A stretch of 64,000 bases of DNA, taken from assembly GCA_903844815.1 (NCBI GenBank), contig CAIMVD010000200.1, positions 28,110 through 92,109 of the forward strand, written 5' to 3'. Below are positions 1 through 9,886 of this stretch, one piece after another. Position 1 is the stretch's first letter; the number at the start of each line of letters is the position of its first letter. The stretch is from an uncultured Bacteroidota bacterium (GTDB lineage Bacteria > Bacteroidota > Bacteroidia > Bacteroidales > VadinHA17). Below the pieces are notes generated by a model. That model made no database searches. It saw only the letters and a list, made by a program, of their open reading frames with translations, and was not told the origin of the DNA. Both the position numbers and the translations under genes were made by a program.

Positions 1-413
1 AACAGATCGAGAGATTGGCCGACGTTCAATCGGTATCTGGAAACATCCGGGGAATGATCCCCTTCTATGACGATAAAGCGGTTCTTAAGTTCTCGGTCAA
101 AAAGGAGAATCTCCTGTACCTTGAATCCACCGAGAACTATGTCAGCATCTGTTACTTAAACTATGGAAAGATCTCAAAATACCTCCTTCGTGATACAATG
201 AAGAAAATGGAGGAGAACTTTGCAGGGACGGAAATTATCCGCTGCCACAGATCGTATATGGTAAATTTTGAAAAGGTCAAGGTTATCAGGAAAGAAAAGG
301 AAGGCCTTGTACTGGAACTCGACGAGCCCACCCAAACAGATATTCCTGTATCAAAGACCTATGTTGATAATGTAATGCAGACTTTTTCGAAGTACAGCAG
401 GGTTGCTGAGTAA
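1..413 (+). CDS. LytTR DNA-binding domain, C-terminal part of a LytR/AlgR-type response regulator (5' end outside window)
   Basis: The frame is open from base 3 to the window edge. The translation contains a LytTR-like pattern (ESTENYVSICY ... IRCHRSYMVNFEKV). Stop at 411-413. Confidence 0.8.
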   Translation, partial: QIERLADVQSVSGNIRGMIPFYDDKAVLKFSVKKENLLYLESTENYVSICYLNYGKISKYLLRDTMKKMEENFAGTEIIRCHRSYMVNFEKVKVIRKEKEGLVLELDEPTQTDIPVSKTYVDNVMQTFSKYSRVAE

Positions 414-423
414 TCATTCTTTT

Positions 424-524
424 CCCTTTGTGCCCTTCGTGAAACCCTTTGAGCCCTTTGTGTTTAAAAGAAATCCTTAACCACGAAGGACTCTAAGGGT
501 TTCACTAAGGGCACTAAGGGTTAA
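424..524. repeat. Word-periodic inverted repeat, CCCTTNGTG/CACNAAGGG type, between convergent gene ends
   Basis: The left arm is ccctttgtg|cccttcgtg|aaaccctttgag|ccctttgtg|tttaa (424-467). The right arm, ttaaccacgaagg...cactaaggg|cactaaggg|ttaa (477-524), is its imperfect reverse complement. Confidence 0.8.
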
Positions 525-537
525 ACCATAATACCCT

Positions 538-3234
538 TTATTTCTTATTCAATTCAAGTTCATAACTCCCCGCCAACAAATGGAACGACCCATCCGGTTT
601 GCCGTTAAGCGTTATAGATTCAGGTGCTCCTTGTAATACTGCCTTTTTTAAATTATATCCAACCGGAAGGAACAGATCGGCTGTTGAATTAGCCGGAACA
701 GTAACCGAATAGGTAACACTCTTTTTATTTCTTGTCCACGTTGAAACGATTTCTCCGTAAGGCGAAGTGTGTTTCGCAGATGCTGAGGTCAACCCTTCAA
801 CAAAGTAAGGCCTGAGAATAATATTTTTAAACCCGGGATTCTCCTGATCGGGCTTTATTCCTCCCAGCGCCTTGTAAAACCATGCCCCCGGTTCGCCAAA
901 CATAATGTGATTCAGTGAAATATCGCTCTTGGCGTCTATAGGCCAGTTTTCATATAATGTTGTAGCTCCGTTGACAATCCACCACCCCCATGAAGGAAAA
1001 GTCTCCTGCGACACAAGTTTATAGGCAAGATCAGCATATCCATTCTCGCTCAGGGCATTAAGTATGGCTTTAGAACCAAGCAATCCAACGTCGATGTGAT
1101 TATTGTCGGCAATCACCCTTTTTGCCAGGTTTTCAGCAACTCTCCCTTTCATGTCATCCGGAACCACACCCCAGAGAAGCGGGAAACTAAGCTCAGTTTG
1201 TACCCCTTTCCCATAGATAGCTGTGGTCTTGTCGAGGTATTTATCGTTGATCGCATGCCTGATCTTCGCAGAAAGTGCTGAATATTGAACATAATCATCT
1301 TCCTTTCCGAATAACTTTGCCGCTTTGGAAAGGATAGTGGCATCGGCAAAATAGAAAACAGAAGAGGTAAATTCAACAGGAGTTGTTGATTTGACAGGGA
1401 TCCAGTCGCCGAGCCCCCATGTTGTTAAACCCGAGGGACTAATAGAGGTTATGTAATCTACATATCGTTTAATATTGTCGTAAGTGTCCGAAAGAAGCCT
1501 TGAATCACCATAGAACAGGTAAATGTTCCAGGGAATAACAGCGATTGTGCTTGTCCAGTCAGGACCATTCGCCCAGTGGTAACCCCAGCCACTCGTAGGA
1601 ATAATGGCAGGAAGAACACCGTTCGGCTGTTGTTCATCGCGGTGATCGGCAAGCCATTTCTCATACACAGTAATCCCGTCGAAATTATAAAGAGCTAATT
1701 CAATAGCAATCTGTCCATCGCCTGTCCATCCGTTTTTTTCACGCTGCGGACAGTCGGTGGGATAGCCAAAGAGGTTAGAAAGGTAAGAGCTGTTTGTCGC
1801 TTTCCATAATTTATTTATAACCGGGTTTGATGTAACTATTTCACCAGCGGGAGGAACATCGCTGTGCATGAAAAATCCGGTCAGGTTTTCTGTTGTAAGG
1901 GTTACAGGCTTGCTGCTGACGACCTCTACATACTGGAATCCCTTATAATTGAATAAGGGCATAAAGGTTTCTTCTCCCCTGCCTCCTGCAATAAAAATAT
2001 CAGTCTGGAACGGGTCGAGGTTATCTGTGGGCCTGTAATGAACACTGATGTTCGAAATATCGACCCTTCCTTTGACATCAAGCCTTTCAGCATGTATGAG
2101 TCTGAAAACCGTTCCTGCCTCAGCCTTCACCCTGAACTGCGAAACGCCTGCAATGTTCCTGCCAAGATCAAAAACATTGATTGTATCGTTTATCTTCCTG
2201 ACACTTACAGCCGGGATTTTCTCAACATTCCTGATCGGATGCAGCTGTTGTGAAACAATATTGCCTGAAGGAGCCGAACGGTAAATAATGTCTTCCCATT
2301 TTGAATCATCGAAGCCGGGTGAATTCCATCCTGGCTGTTCGAGGCGGGCATCATAATGTTCTGCGGTATAAATACTATTGAAAACAACCGGTCCGGATGA
2401 TGTTTTCCAGCTTTTATCGGTAATTATAGTTTCGATGGATCCGTCTTCATAGGTTATCCTGAGATCCATGCAGAAGGCCGGCCTGTTGCGCCATGGAGCC
2501 TTGTCGAAAAACCATACAGCCATAGACTGGTGATTATACCATCCGTTTCCAAGAAGCACACCCGCAGCATTTCTTCCGTTCCTTACCTGCGAAGTGACAT
2601 CATAGGAGACGTAGAGGGTGCGTCTGTCGAAACGAGTGTACATCGGATCGAGCCTGTGATTCCCGACTTTCTCCCCGTTAAGGTAGAGTTCGTAGAGACC
2701 ACCGGCAGCTATATAGGCCCGGGCTGATTTTATCTTCCTTTTTACCTCAAATTCCTTTCTGAAATAAGGCGCTTCTTTAACCTGGATTCCATTATCGTCA
2801 CTTATCCATGAACCTTTCCAGTTTCCCATTCCCATCATCCCCGTTTCAAACGACGAAACAGCGGCTGGTGATTTATTACCGTCCTTATCCCAAACCGCAA
2901 CACTCCAGAAGTACCTGGTGAATCCTTTAAGAGGTTTGCCTTTGTATGTAACCAGCATTTGGTCAGAAACTACTTTTTCTGAATCCCAGATATCAGCTTT
3001 CCCTGAAGACAGAGCTGAGGAATCGGTACTTATCATGATCCGGTAAGCCTGTTGATTTGCACCAAACCTGCTGTCGTCAATCATCCACGACAACCGGGGT
3101 ATGGCATCGACCCCTACCGGTTTTACAAGGTATTCGCACCTCAGATTAACCGGAAGGCATGATTGATTCTGGCAAATGGCAAGCGAAAGGTTACTGACGA
3201 GCAGTACCAGCAGAGCAAAAAGGCGTGCTTTCAT
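538..3234 (-). CDS. alpha-L-rhamnosidase, GH78, secreted
   Basis: It carries the GH78-type motif YPTDCPQREKNGWTGD and has a typical length of about 900 aa. I moved the start to the internal ATG at 3234 (MKARLFALLVLLVSNLSLA), which gives a signal peptide. The upstream 36 codons overlap the neighbouring gene. Confidence 0.85.
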   Translation of the reverse strand: MKARLFALLVLLVSNLSLAICQNQSCLPVNLRCEYLVKPVGVDAIPRLSWMIDDSRFGANQQAYRIMISTDSSALSSGKADIWDSEKVVSDQMLVTYKGKPLKGFTRYFWSVAVWDKDGNKSPAAVSSFETGMMGMGNWKGSWISDDNGIQVKEAPYFRKEFEVKRKIKSARAYIAAGGLYELYLNGEKVGNHRLDPMYTRFDRRTLYVSYDVTSQVRNGRNAAGVLLGNGWYNHQSMAVWFFDKAPWRNRPAFCMDLRITYEDGSIETIITDKSWKTSSGPVVFNSIYTAEHYDARLEQPGWNSPGFDDSKWEDIIYRSAPSGNIVSQQLHPIRNVEKIPAVSVRKINDTINVFDLGRNIAGVSQFRVKAEAGTVFRLIHAERLDVKGRVDISNISVHYRPTDNLDPFQTDIFIAGGRGEETFMPLFNYKGFQYVEVVSSKPVTLTTENLTGFFMHSDVPPAGEIVTSNPVINKLWKATNSSYLSNLFGYPTDCPQREKNGWTGDGQIAIELALYNFDGITVYEKWLADHRDEQQPNGVLPAIIPTSGWGYHWANGPDWTSTIAVIPWNIYLFYGDSRLLSDTYDNIKRYVDYITSISPSGLTTWGLGDWIPVKSTTPVEFTSSVFYFADATILSKAAKLFGKEDDYVQYSALSAKIRHAINDKYLDKTTAIYGKGVQTELSFPLLWGVVPDDMKGRVAENLAKRVIADNNHIDVGLLGSKAILNALSENGYADLAYKLVSQETFPSWGWWIVNGATTLYENWPIDAKSDISLNHIMFGEPGAWFYKALGGIKPDQENPGFKNIILRPYFVEGLTSASAKHTSPYGEIVSTWTRNKKSVTYSVTVPANSTADLFLPVGYNLKKAVLQGAPESITLNGKPDGSFHLLAGSYELELNKK

Positions 3235-3256
3235 AAAAACGATATGAGTTAAAAAA

Positions 3257-4567
3257 CTATACTTTTGGCAGATTCCATGGCTCCCTGTAATTAGGTACCA
3301 GGTAGCTGTTTGCATCAATGTCGTTCGTGAATTTAGTCCCATCCCAGATGAGTTTTTTACCCGTCCGGTAAGCTATATTGCCCAGAGCAGAAAATTTTGC
3401 TATGTGCGCTCCTATTTCGATGCTTGCATTGGTATTTGGATTCCTCGATTTAATACATTCCAGGTGGTTTTTCACATGGTTGTCGAGTCCCTGATCGAGT
3501 CCCTTCTTAAGAGGAACAGCTTCCATCCGGGATTTACCATCAACAACCTCAGGGATTACTTCCCATCCGCCGCGGTCAATAACGAGGGTCCCGTTTTCAC
3601 CAACAAAACCAAGTCCGTGATTACGTCCATATGCACCGTCGTTAATACCTATTGCATGATCCCACATAACATTGAACCCGTCAAACTCATAGATTGTTTG
3701 AAGGCTGTCGGGTGTTTCGCATGCGTCATCGGGGTAGCCGTATTTGCCGCCCATTGCCATAATCGATTTAGGGGCAGTAACTCCCATACCGTAAAGTGCA
3801 TAATCGAGAAGGTGAACACCCCAGTCGGTCATCAGGCCACCGGCATAATCCCAGAACCAACGGAAGGTAAAATGAAAACGGTTCCTGTTGAATGGCCGGC
3901 TGGTGGCTGGTCCGAGCCACATATCGTAATCCACTCCTGCAGGTACCGGCTCATCGGGCCGAACCGGGATCGACGGGCACCAGCCCTGATAAGAGAATAC
4001 CCTGACAAGCCTTATCTTTCCCAACTGGCCCGACTGAATAAAATTAACAGCATCCTGCCAGTGAGGATCGCTTCTTTGCCACTGGCCAACCTGGACGACT
4101 CTTTTATACTTCTGTGCGGCTTTAATCATCAGGTTACATTCTTCAATGGTCCTTCCGATAGGCTTCTCACAATACACATCCTTGCCTGCTTCACATGCTG
4201 CAACCATCTGAAGGCAATGCCAGTGGTCGGGCGTGCCAACAATTACAACGTCAATATCCTTATTGTCGATAAGGTTACGCCAGTCCTTATAAAGATGAGC
4301 AGGCTTAGTGCCCCGTAACTTCTCAACCTCAGCAGTCCTTTTACTTAGCACATTCTGGTCAATATCGCACAGTGCCAGGCATTCTACCTGAGGATTCTTC
4401 AGAAACGAGTTAAGGTCACTGAATCCCATGCCGTTACAGCCAATAAGTCCTACATTGATCCTGTCGGATGGAGCACAACCTGCGGCCAAACCTGATAAGG
4501 TAGGTACAAGACCAATGGCTGCTGTGGTTAATGCAGTATTCTTTACAAATTCGCGTCGTGATGTCAT
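3257..4567 (-). CDS. Gfo/Idh/MocA-family NAD(P)-dependent oxidoreductase with twin-arginine signal
   Basis: N-terminal TAT motif SRREFVKNTALTTAAIG. Rossmann start INVGLIGCNGMG. Family signatures TPDHWH and CEKP. Confidence 0.85.
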   Translation of the reverse strand: MTSRREFVKNTALTTAAIGLVPTLSGLAAGCAPSDRINVGLIGCNGMGFSDLNSFLKNPQVECLALCDIDQNVLSKRTAEVEKLRGTKPAHLYKDWRNLIDNKDIDVVIVGTPDHWHCLQMVAACEAGKDVYCEKPIGRTIEECNLMIKAAQKYKRVVQVGQWQRSDPHWQDAVNFIQSGQLGKIRLVRVFSYQGWCPSIPVRPDEPVPAGVDYDMWLGPATSRPFNRNRFHFTFRWFWDYAGGLMTDWGVHLLDYALYGMGVTAPKSIMAMGGKYGYPDDACETPDSLQTIYEFDGFNVMWDHAIGINDGAYGRNHGLGFVGENGTLVIDRGGWEVIPEVVDGKSRMEAVPLKKGLDQGLDNHVKNHLECIKSRNPNTNASIEIGAHIAKFSALGNIAYRTGKKLIWDGTKFTNDIDANSYLVPNYREPWNLPKV

Positions 4568-4719
4568 GATTATTATAGTCTTTAATTTTATTTAAAATTG
4601 ATCTGTATAGAAAATTCAAATAAAAGTACAGATTTTTTCAGATTTAAACGGGGAGAAGATTGCAATTAACAATATTTCACATCTTAAATTAAAGTAGCTA
4701 CACTTCATCTCCCTGAAAA

Positions 4720-4819
4720 AAGAACTTACACTGAGAGACACAGAGGAACACAGAGTAACACAGAGTTTTTTAACTCTGTGATCTCTGTGCCACTCCGGAT
4801 TTCCTCTGTGTAAGTTCTT
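4720..4819. repeat. Word-periodic inverted repeat, CACAGAG/CTCTGTG type
   Basis: The left arm aagaacttacac tgagagacac agaggaacac agagtaacac agagtt is followed by a tttt loop. The right arm is aactctgtg atctctgtg cc...cctctgtgtaagttctt. The outer 12 bp (aagaacttacac / gtgtaagttctt) and the inner 9 bp pair perfectly. Confidence 0.85.
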
Positions 4820-4844
4820 AAATACCAATAATTTGAACACTACA

Positions 4845-6830
4845 TTAAAGATTTACCTTAACAGATTCTCCATCACGGATAAGTTTATTCACTATTTTCT
4901 TATTTACCGAATCAGTTACAACAACCCTGATTTTATCTTTTTCACGGCTAATGTTTATGCTGAAGGAAGAATTGAATCCATTGACTTTATTCAGGCTAAT
5001 TTCCGGCCACTCCGACGGAAGCCGGGGAGTTAAGGAGAAGGAACTGAGACCTTCAGGTCGAATCCCGAAAATTCCTTCGGTAATGATACGGCAAAAAAGA
5101 CCGCTCTCGGCTGAAAGATGACGCTGGCTTCCCTCCGGCCAGGCCTCGATTGCATAGGGCACATGTTCACCCAGGAGCCGCTGACCTGCATAGTATGAAA
5201 GATAATTAAGTGCTTTTTCTGTTTCACCTGCGGCAAAAACGCCTCTCAGTGCATACAAAGTTGAACGGTCCCAAAAGGTTTCGCTTCCTGCCTGGGTCAG
5301 AAGCCCATCCTTTGTCCATAATACCGGAGAGAAAAGGGCATCGATTGTCCCCCTGGCTCTTTCTGTAATACCTGTTACAAGCGGCATGCAGATCCACGAC
5401 CTGAGAACTGTATTGCCATCATAATACCTGTAAGTTTCAAAACCATTGATGTTAGCTTCGAAATACCTGTTAATAGCCGTCCTCAGCTTTTCAGCATCTT
5501 TCCTGTATGAAGTAAGCTGTGATCCGTTTTTTCCAAGATCTTTACCCAGAAATGATGCAGACAACAGGGCATCATAATAAAGAGTCGAAGTGCAGAGATT
5601 AGCCTTGCCGGCGGGAAATCGTCCCTCAAGTTCATCTGAGTCGGATGTGACAACACCTTCGTTATTCACTTTCCGTCGGCAATACTCAAGGCACCACTCA
5701 ATAAGAGGCCACAGTTTCTCTGATTCAGTCTTATCGCCCCTTACAAGGGCATACCTGGCAGCACCGTAGGCAATCATGGCAGCATCGCCCCTGTCGCCTG
5801 CCCCGTTCCAGATATCTTTTCCCTCGGCTATAATGGAACTGGGGATTGGCTTATAATCAGCATTCATGAACCTTGCAAAATGCTGATAGGCATTGAAGGA
5901 AGCCTCATTGCCGGTCTTATACCCGAGATAGGGAAAGAAGGGACCCACATATTCAGCCTGGTCGTTCGCCCAAATAGCGGCGTAATACGACTCCCCACCG
6001 GGTCCGTGCATAAGTCCCCCGCTGGTGCGATAAATACTTTCAGAAGCCCTTATCTTTGCAAAGGCGAACATCTTATTAAGGGTTTCATCGGGTGATTCAA
6101 ACACCAGTGAACTCCACATCTGTTTTACAAATGCGCTTCTGGCCGTAAATTCCTTGTCGATATCGGGCGACGCAGTAACCTGATTGCCAGGGTTACCTGA
6201 GATGTAAACATAAAATCTAACTGACTCTCCGGGCTTAAGTTCAAAAACACCGTTATTCTGTATGGCGATTGTAATCGTATAACTTCCTTCCACTCCTTTT
6301 GCGGCGTCGGTTGTGTAAACTGTTTTCTGAACGGGAACTGTAAGGGTTACAGGTCTGCCTGAATTATTCTTTACAGAATATCTTTCGCACAGCATGGGAA
6401 GTGTGGTCGAAGGAAAGATCTCTCTTGTGATCTCAACCGCCACCGGCAATTTATACCCGCTAACAACCGTCAGTATTCCGTTTAGTGATATCGATTCCAC
6501 TTTTTCATTTTGAAGGGTTCCCCCGTTTACCGTGAGAAGAGAGGGTATGTCGATAGCATATTTCTGCATCAGGCTGGCATGGGTATTGTTCGGGATGGTA
6601 CGAAGCATGGGCCACACCATCGAGCGCTCGAGGCTGAAAGAGCCATCGCTTTTTACTCCATACCGCAATACTGTTGAAACCTGTTCTCCGCTCATCTCAA
6701 TATGATCAAAATGTGGAAGATCTTCCTTAACCTCCCATCTGATCGATCCGTCGGTCTGCACTTTCCATCGTGTCTGTCCAGAAAGACAAAACGGAATAAT
6801 TAATAAGCTGACAATTAACAACTTCCTCAT
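4845..6830 (-). CDS. secreted putative six-hairpin (alpha/alpha)6 glycoside hydrolase-like protein, family not recognised
   Basis: Signal peptide MRKLLIVSLLIIPFCLSGQ. The C-terminal two thirds resemble debranching-enzyme or six-hairpin proteins in composition (GGESYYAAIWANDQAEY...). It lies in an operon with GH genes. The family call is weak. Confidence 0.45.
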   Translation of the reverse strand: MRKLLIVSLLIIPFCLSGQTRWKVQTDGSIRWEVKEDLPHFDHIEMSGEQVSTVLRYGVKSDGSFSLERSMVWPMLRTIPNNTHASLMQKYAIDIPSLLTVNGGTLQNEKVESISLNGILTVVSGYKLPVAVEITREIFPSTTLPMLCERYSVKNNSGRPVTLTVPVQKTVYTTDAAKGVEGSYTITIAIQNNGVFELKPGESVRFYVYISGNPGNQVTASPDIDKEFTARSAFVKQMWSSLVFESPDETLNKMFAFAKIRASESIYRTSGGLMHGPGGESYYAAIWANDQAEYVGPFFPYLGYKTGNEASFNAYQHFARFMNADYKPIPSSIIAEGKDIWNGAGDRGDAAMIAYGAARYALVRGDKTESEKLWPLIEWCLEYCRRKVNNEGVVTSDSDELEGRFPAGKANLCTSTLYYDALLSASFLGKDLGKNGSQLTSYRKDAEKLRTAINRYFEANINGFETYRYYDGNTVLRSWICMPLVTGITERARGTIDALFSPVLWTKDGLLTQAGSETFWDRSTLYALRGVFAAGETEKALNYLSYYAGQRLLGEHVPYAIEAWPEGSQRHLSAESGLFCRIITEGIFGIRPEGLSSFSLTPRLPSEWPEISLNKVNGFNSSFSINISREKDKIRVVVTDSVNKKIVNKLIRDGESVKVNL

Positions 6831-6878
6831 ATATTAAATTTTTTAAAGAGTTATAAAGCCTGTAGAAAAAAATTCTTT

Positions 6879-8465
6879 TCATTTCCTGTATTTCAACGCA
6901 CCGATATCAAAGACGGTATCTGTTGAAAGATCTGTTCCGGCGATGTCGGTAGCTCCGGGATCAATATTAATTAACTGTTCAAGATCCAATCCCCTGCCAA
7001 TTAGCGGAGAACCGGATTTCAGACTAAAAGCCATAAGGTCATCCTTATTTAGTTTTACGGTTCCGGAAGGCAAAAATCCTGAAGGATCAACAAGCCTTGG
7101 ATCAGCATAAAAACCGGCCATTCTTCCATCAAGCATTTCATTTGATGTAATGGCTGCCCATTCACCGAGATCCTTAAACCCTGCAATCGATCTGTCGCCT
7201 GAAAGATTAAAGTAACAGTTTCCCTGGAAAAGTTCGGAAACAAGTCTTGCTCCGGGGATCAGGAAGGCCTCTTTGAAAACAAAAATATTGCTGAAGAATC
7301 GGAATCCGGTAGCGTTGTTTTCGATCGTTAAGGAATATCCTCTTTGAGTTGAATTATAAAAGGTATTGTTATAAATATCACAATTACGCATTGTCATTTC
7401 AGGAGAACCGCGCCATATCGCAACGGATCCTCCGTTTAATGATCCGTCATTCAGACTGATACAATATCTTAAAGTATTATTCTCCCATGGTTTCCCGGCG
7501 CCGAATTCAAAGAGCCCGTATCCTCCTCCCTGATTGTTATACGACAAACAGTACTGAATAACCGAATTTGAAACCCCTCCATCAAGATCGAAGCCTCCAC
7601 CGTCCTTTGCCACCGGGTTCGTTTTATTATCGTGCGAAATGCAATACTGTATTTTGAAATCATTACAATCCCAAATCCAGATTCCTACCGGACCATTCCC
7701 GGTCCATTGCATATCCCAGCCATTGTTAAATGATTCACAGTACTCAATTACGCCCCGGTTCACAGATGAGGCAAGTATCCCGCTACCACTGTGATTATTC
7801 AGAACTGTCGGATCGCCCGGATTATTCTCAGTAAGGCAATATCCGATATAAATATCTTCATTGTCAAAATTCAGGGGATCGTACGCTGTGTTACCATCGA
7901 CTAGTATTCCTGCAAATCCGTTATCATGTGAATGTACATTGGTTATCTGAACATCATTGCATTTATAAACATGTAACCCTGAATGCTGAAATCCTGAAAT
8001 TTCGAGTCTGTCAATCCGGAGATGGTCTGAGCCGGCGATAAACACCCCATCGGTAATGTTTCCATCCTTCCTGCCAGCACCTGTTAGCATAAGATCTTCA
8101 ACATTGAAATAATCACAGGCATTTACTTCAATACCAGCTGATAAGCCTCCATCTATGGTTGCCTTTCCGGTACCAAACGATTTTATTGTAACTTCTTTCC
8201 CCTCGGTGCCTGAATCGAGCGAATCGAGCTTAATGGTTCCCGGGAATACAGAACCGCCTTCCAGGAATAAAGTATCACCCGGACTAAGGTCTAAAGTGTT
8301 AACTTTTGTGACAGTCTGCCATGGTTTCTCCTTTGTACCCGGGTTGACATCATTGCCTGAAGCGCTTAAATAGTAGCATCCTACCTGTACTTCCGGAGCA
8401 TTCTTGCAGCAGGTCAGTAAGAAAAAGATTCCAAAACAAATAACTAACAGAGCCTGGTTCTTCAT
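6879..8465 (-). CDS. lipoprotein with right-handed parallel beta-helix (pectate-lyase fold) repeats
   Basis: Lipobox FFLLTCC. Repeated short N/G/D-rich turns are typical of beta-helix coils (NGWDMQW, DGGGFDLDGG, SYNNQGGGYG). Confidence 0.6.
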   Translation of the reverse strand: MKNQALLVICFGIFFLLTCCKNAPEVQVGCYYLSASGNDVNPGTKEKPWQTVTKVNTLDLSPGDTLFLEGGSVFPGTIKLDSLDSGTEGKEVTIKSFGTGKATIDGGLSAGIEVNACDYFNVEDLMLTGAGRKDGNITDGVFIAGSDHLRIDRLEISGFQHSGLHVYKCNDVQITNVHSHDNGFAGILVDGNTAYDPLNFDNEDIYIGYCLTENNPGDPTVLNNHSGSGILASSVNRGVIEYCESFNNGWDMQWTGNGPVGIWIWDCNDFKIQYCISHDNKTNPVAKDGGGFDLDGGVSNSVIQYCLSYNNQGGGYGLFEFGAGKPWENNTLRYCISLNDGSLNGGSVAIWRGSPEMTMRNCDIYNNTFYNSTQRGYSLTIENNATGFRFFSNIFVFKEAFLIPGARLVSELFQGNCYFNLSGDRSIAGFKDLGEWAAITSNEMLDGRMAGFYADPRLVDPSGFLPSGTVKLNKDDLMAFSLKSGSPLIGRGLDLEQLINIDPGATDIAGTDLSTDTVFDIGALKYRK

Positions 8466-8534
8466 AAGAGGAATAGATTTCAGAGTAAAAACCTGAATCC
8501 ATATAGTTCATGCCTTTTCAGGTTTAAATACAAA

Positions 8535-8648
8535 TTAAGAATCTCTGTGGATCTCTGTGTCTTTCCTCTGTGGATCTCTGTTTAACAATATGTTAAGAAC
8601 TTACACAGAGTTACACAGAGAGGCACAGGTTACACAGAGATTCTTAAG
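8535..8648. repeat. Word-periodic inverted repeat, CTCTGTG/CACAGAG type
   Basis: The left arm is ttaagaatctctgtg gatctctgtg tctttcctctgtg gatctctgtttaac. The right arm is ttaagaacttacacagag ttacacagag aggcacaggt tacacagagattcttaag. The outer 15 bp pair perfectly. Confidence 0.85.
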
Positions 8649-8656
8649 TCAAAAAT

Positions 8657-9781
8657 CTATTTAACAGAAAATCTGTAAATGGTTGTCGACTTAAGCGTCT
8701 CACCCGGGTTGATGATTGTGGAAGGGAATTCCGGACGATTCGGACTGTCGGGATAATGATCAGATTCAAGGCACATACCAGCCCTGTAATTAAAAACCTT
8801 TCCGCCATGGCCCGACTTGGTTCCGTCGAGGAAGTTCCCTGTATAGAGCTGCATTCCGGGCTGATCGGTGATAACTTCCAGCATACGGCCACTTACAGGT
8901 TCGTAGACAGTAACATCAACTTCTTCCTTATTATCAAGGATATAATTATGATCATAACCTTTGCCAAGGATGAGCTGATCATAGTTCTCCCCTATTCTTT
9001 CACCAATTTTATGTGGTGTTGTGAAGTCGAACGGGGTACCAGCCACCTGCCTGATCTCTCCTGTTGGTATCATGACAGAATCAACCGGTGTGAAAGCTGA
9101 GGCTTTCAGGGTAAGTTCATGATCGAGGACATCTCCGTTACCTGCACCGTGCAAGTTAAAGTAGGCATGATTTGTAACATTCACGATTGTTTTCTTGTCG
9201 GTAGTCCACTCATAGTTCATCACAATCTCGTTATTGTCGGTCCAGGTATAAGTAACTGATACCTTTACGTTCCCTGGGAAACCCTCTTCCATATCGGGGC
9301 TCAGGTAGCTGAATTTGACCGAAGATGAATCCTTTTCCGCATGTATTTCTGTATCCCAAACAACGCTGTGCCATCCTTTTGGCCCTCCATGAAGAGTATT
9401 GGGCCCATTATTGAGCGGAGTTGTGTACTCAACCCCATCGATTGCGAATTTGCCTTTGGCTATCCTGTTTGCAAAGCGTCCGACAACTGATCCGAATGAC
9501 ATATCGCCATTGACAGTCTCTTCGAAAGTGTCGTAGCCAAAAGTAATGTTGTCCATTTTACCATTTTTATCAGGAACCTCTATCCAGTTGATCTTAGCCC
9601 CGAAATTTGTCAGCCTTATTACATTTCCGGCTTTGTTTCTGAGAGTGATGAGATAAACTTCCTTACCATCGTGAGTTCCGAACAAATCTTTTTTAACCAT
9701 CTGACCGGTTTTTGATGACTGGTTGCAGGACATTGATATTAAAGTAACCAGTGCAAGCGATAACAGGAGGATTTTTTTCAT
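8657..9781 (-). CDS. galM: aldose 1-epimerase (galactose mutarotase), lipoprotein form
   Basis: Mutarotase motifs NTLHGGPKGW and TNHAYFNLHG. Lipobox LISMSC. Confidence 0.9.
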   Translation of the reverse strand: MKKILLLSLALVTLISMSCNQSSKTGQMVKKDLFGTHDGKEVYLITLRNKAGNVIRLTNFGAKINWIEVPDKNGKMDNITFGYDTFEETVNGDMSFGSVVGRFANRIAKGKFAIDGVEYTTPLNNGPNTLHGGPKGWHSVVWDTEIHAEKDSSSVKFSYLSPDMEEGFPGNVKVSVTYTWTDNNEIVMNYEWTTDKKTIVNVTNHAYFNLHGAGNGDVLDHELTLKASAFTPVDSVMIPTGEIRQVAGTPFDFTTPHKIGERIGENYDQLILGKGYDHNYILDNKEEVDVTVYEPVSGRMLEVITDQPGMQLYTGNFLDGTKSGHGGKVFNYRAGMCLESDHYPDSPNRPEFPSTIINPGETLKSTTIYRFSVK

Positions 9782-9886
9782 GGTGCTAATTGATAAATAT
9801 TTGCTAATGTAATAGTTATGTTATTGATCAGGTTTCGTGATAATAAACTGAAATATACAAACTCAGCCGGGTAAAGCATAAATTAA

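Noticed and set aside
3235-3342. N-terminal extensions given by the ORF track (also 44785-45048, 51747-51836, 56626-56667, 63745-63825, 38140-38160, 32423-32428)
   Set aside because: Internal ATG codons give canonical signal peptides or family-typical N-termini. The extensions overlap neighbouring genes or intergenic promoters and have no homologous counterpart in the recognised families.
3404-4318. 304-aa ORF on the plus strand
   Set aside because: It lies entirely antisense to the well-supported Gfo/Idh/MocA gene. It has no recognisable motifs and shows the low-complexity composition typical of shadow ORFs. The same reasoning applies to 12265-12669, 20446-20901, 30522-30938, 30996-31457, 31923-32402, 49690-50154, 56170-56565 and 62629-63069.
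4616-4840. Small ORFs translating as LCVTLCSSVSLSVS-like or TQR/HRD-rich peptides (also 8644-8892, 33967-34176, 52756-52962)
   Set aside because: They are read-throughs of the CACAGAG/CTCTGTG repeat elements. Their apparent coding potential is an artefact of the periodic words.
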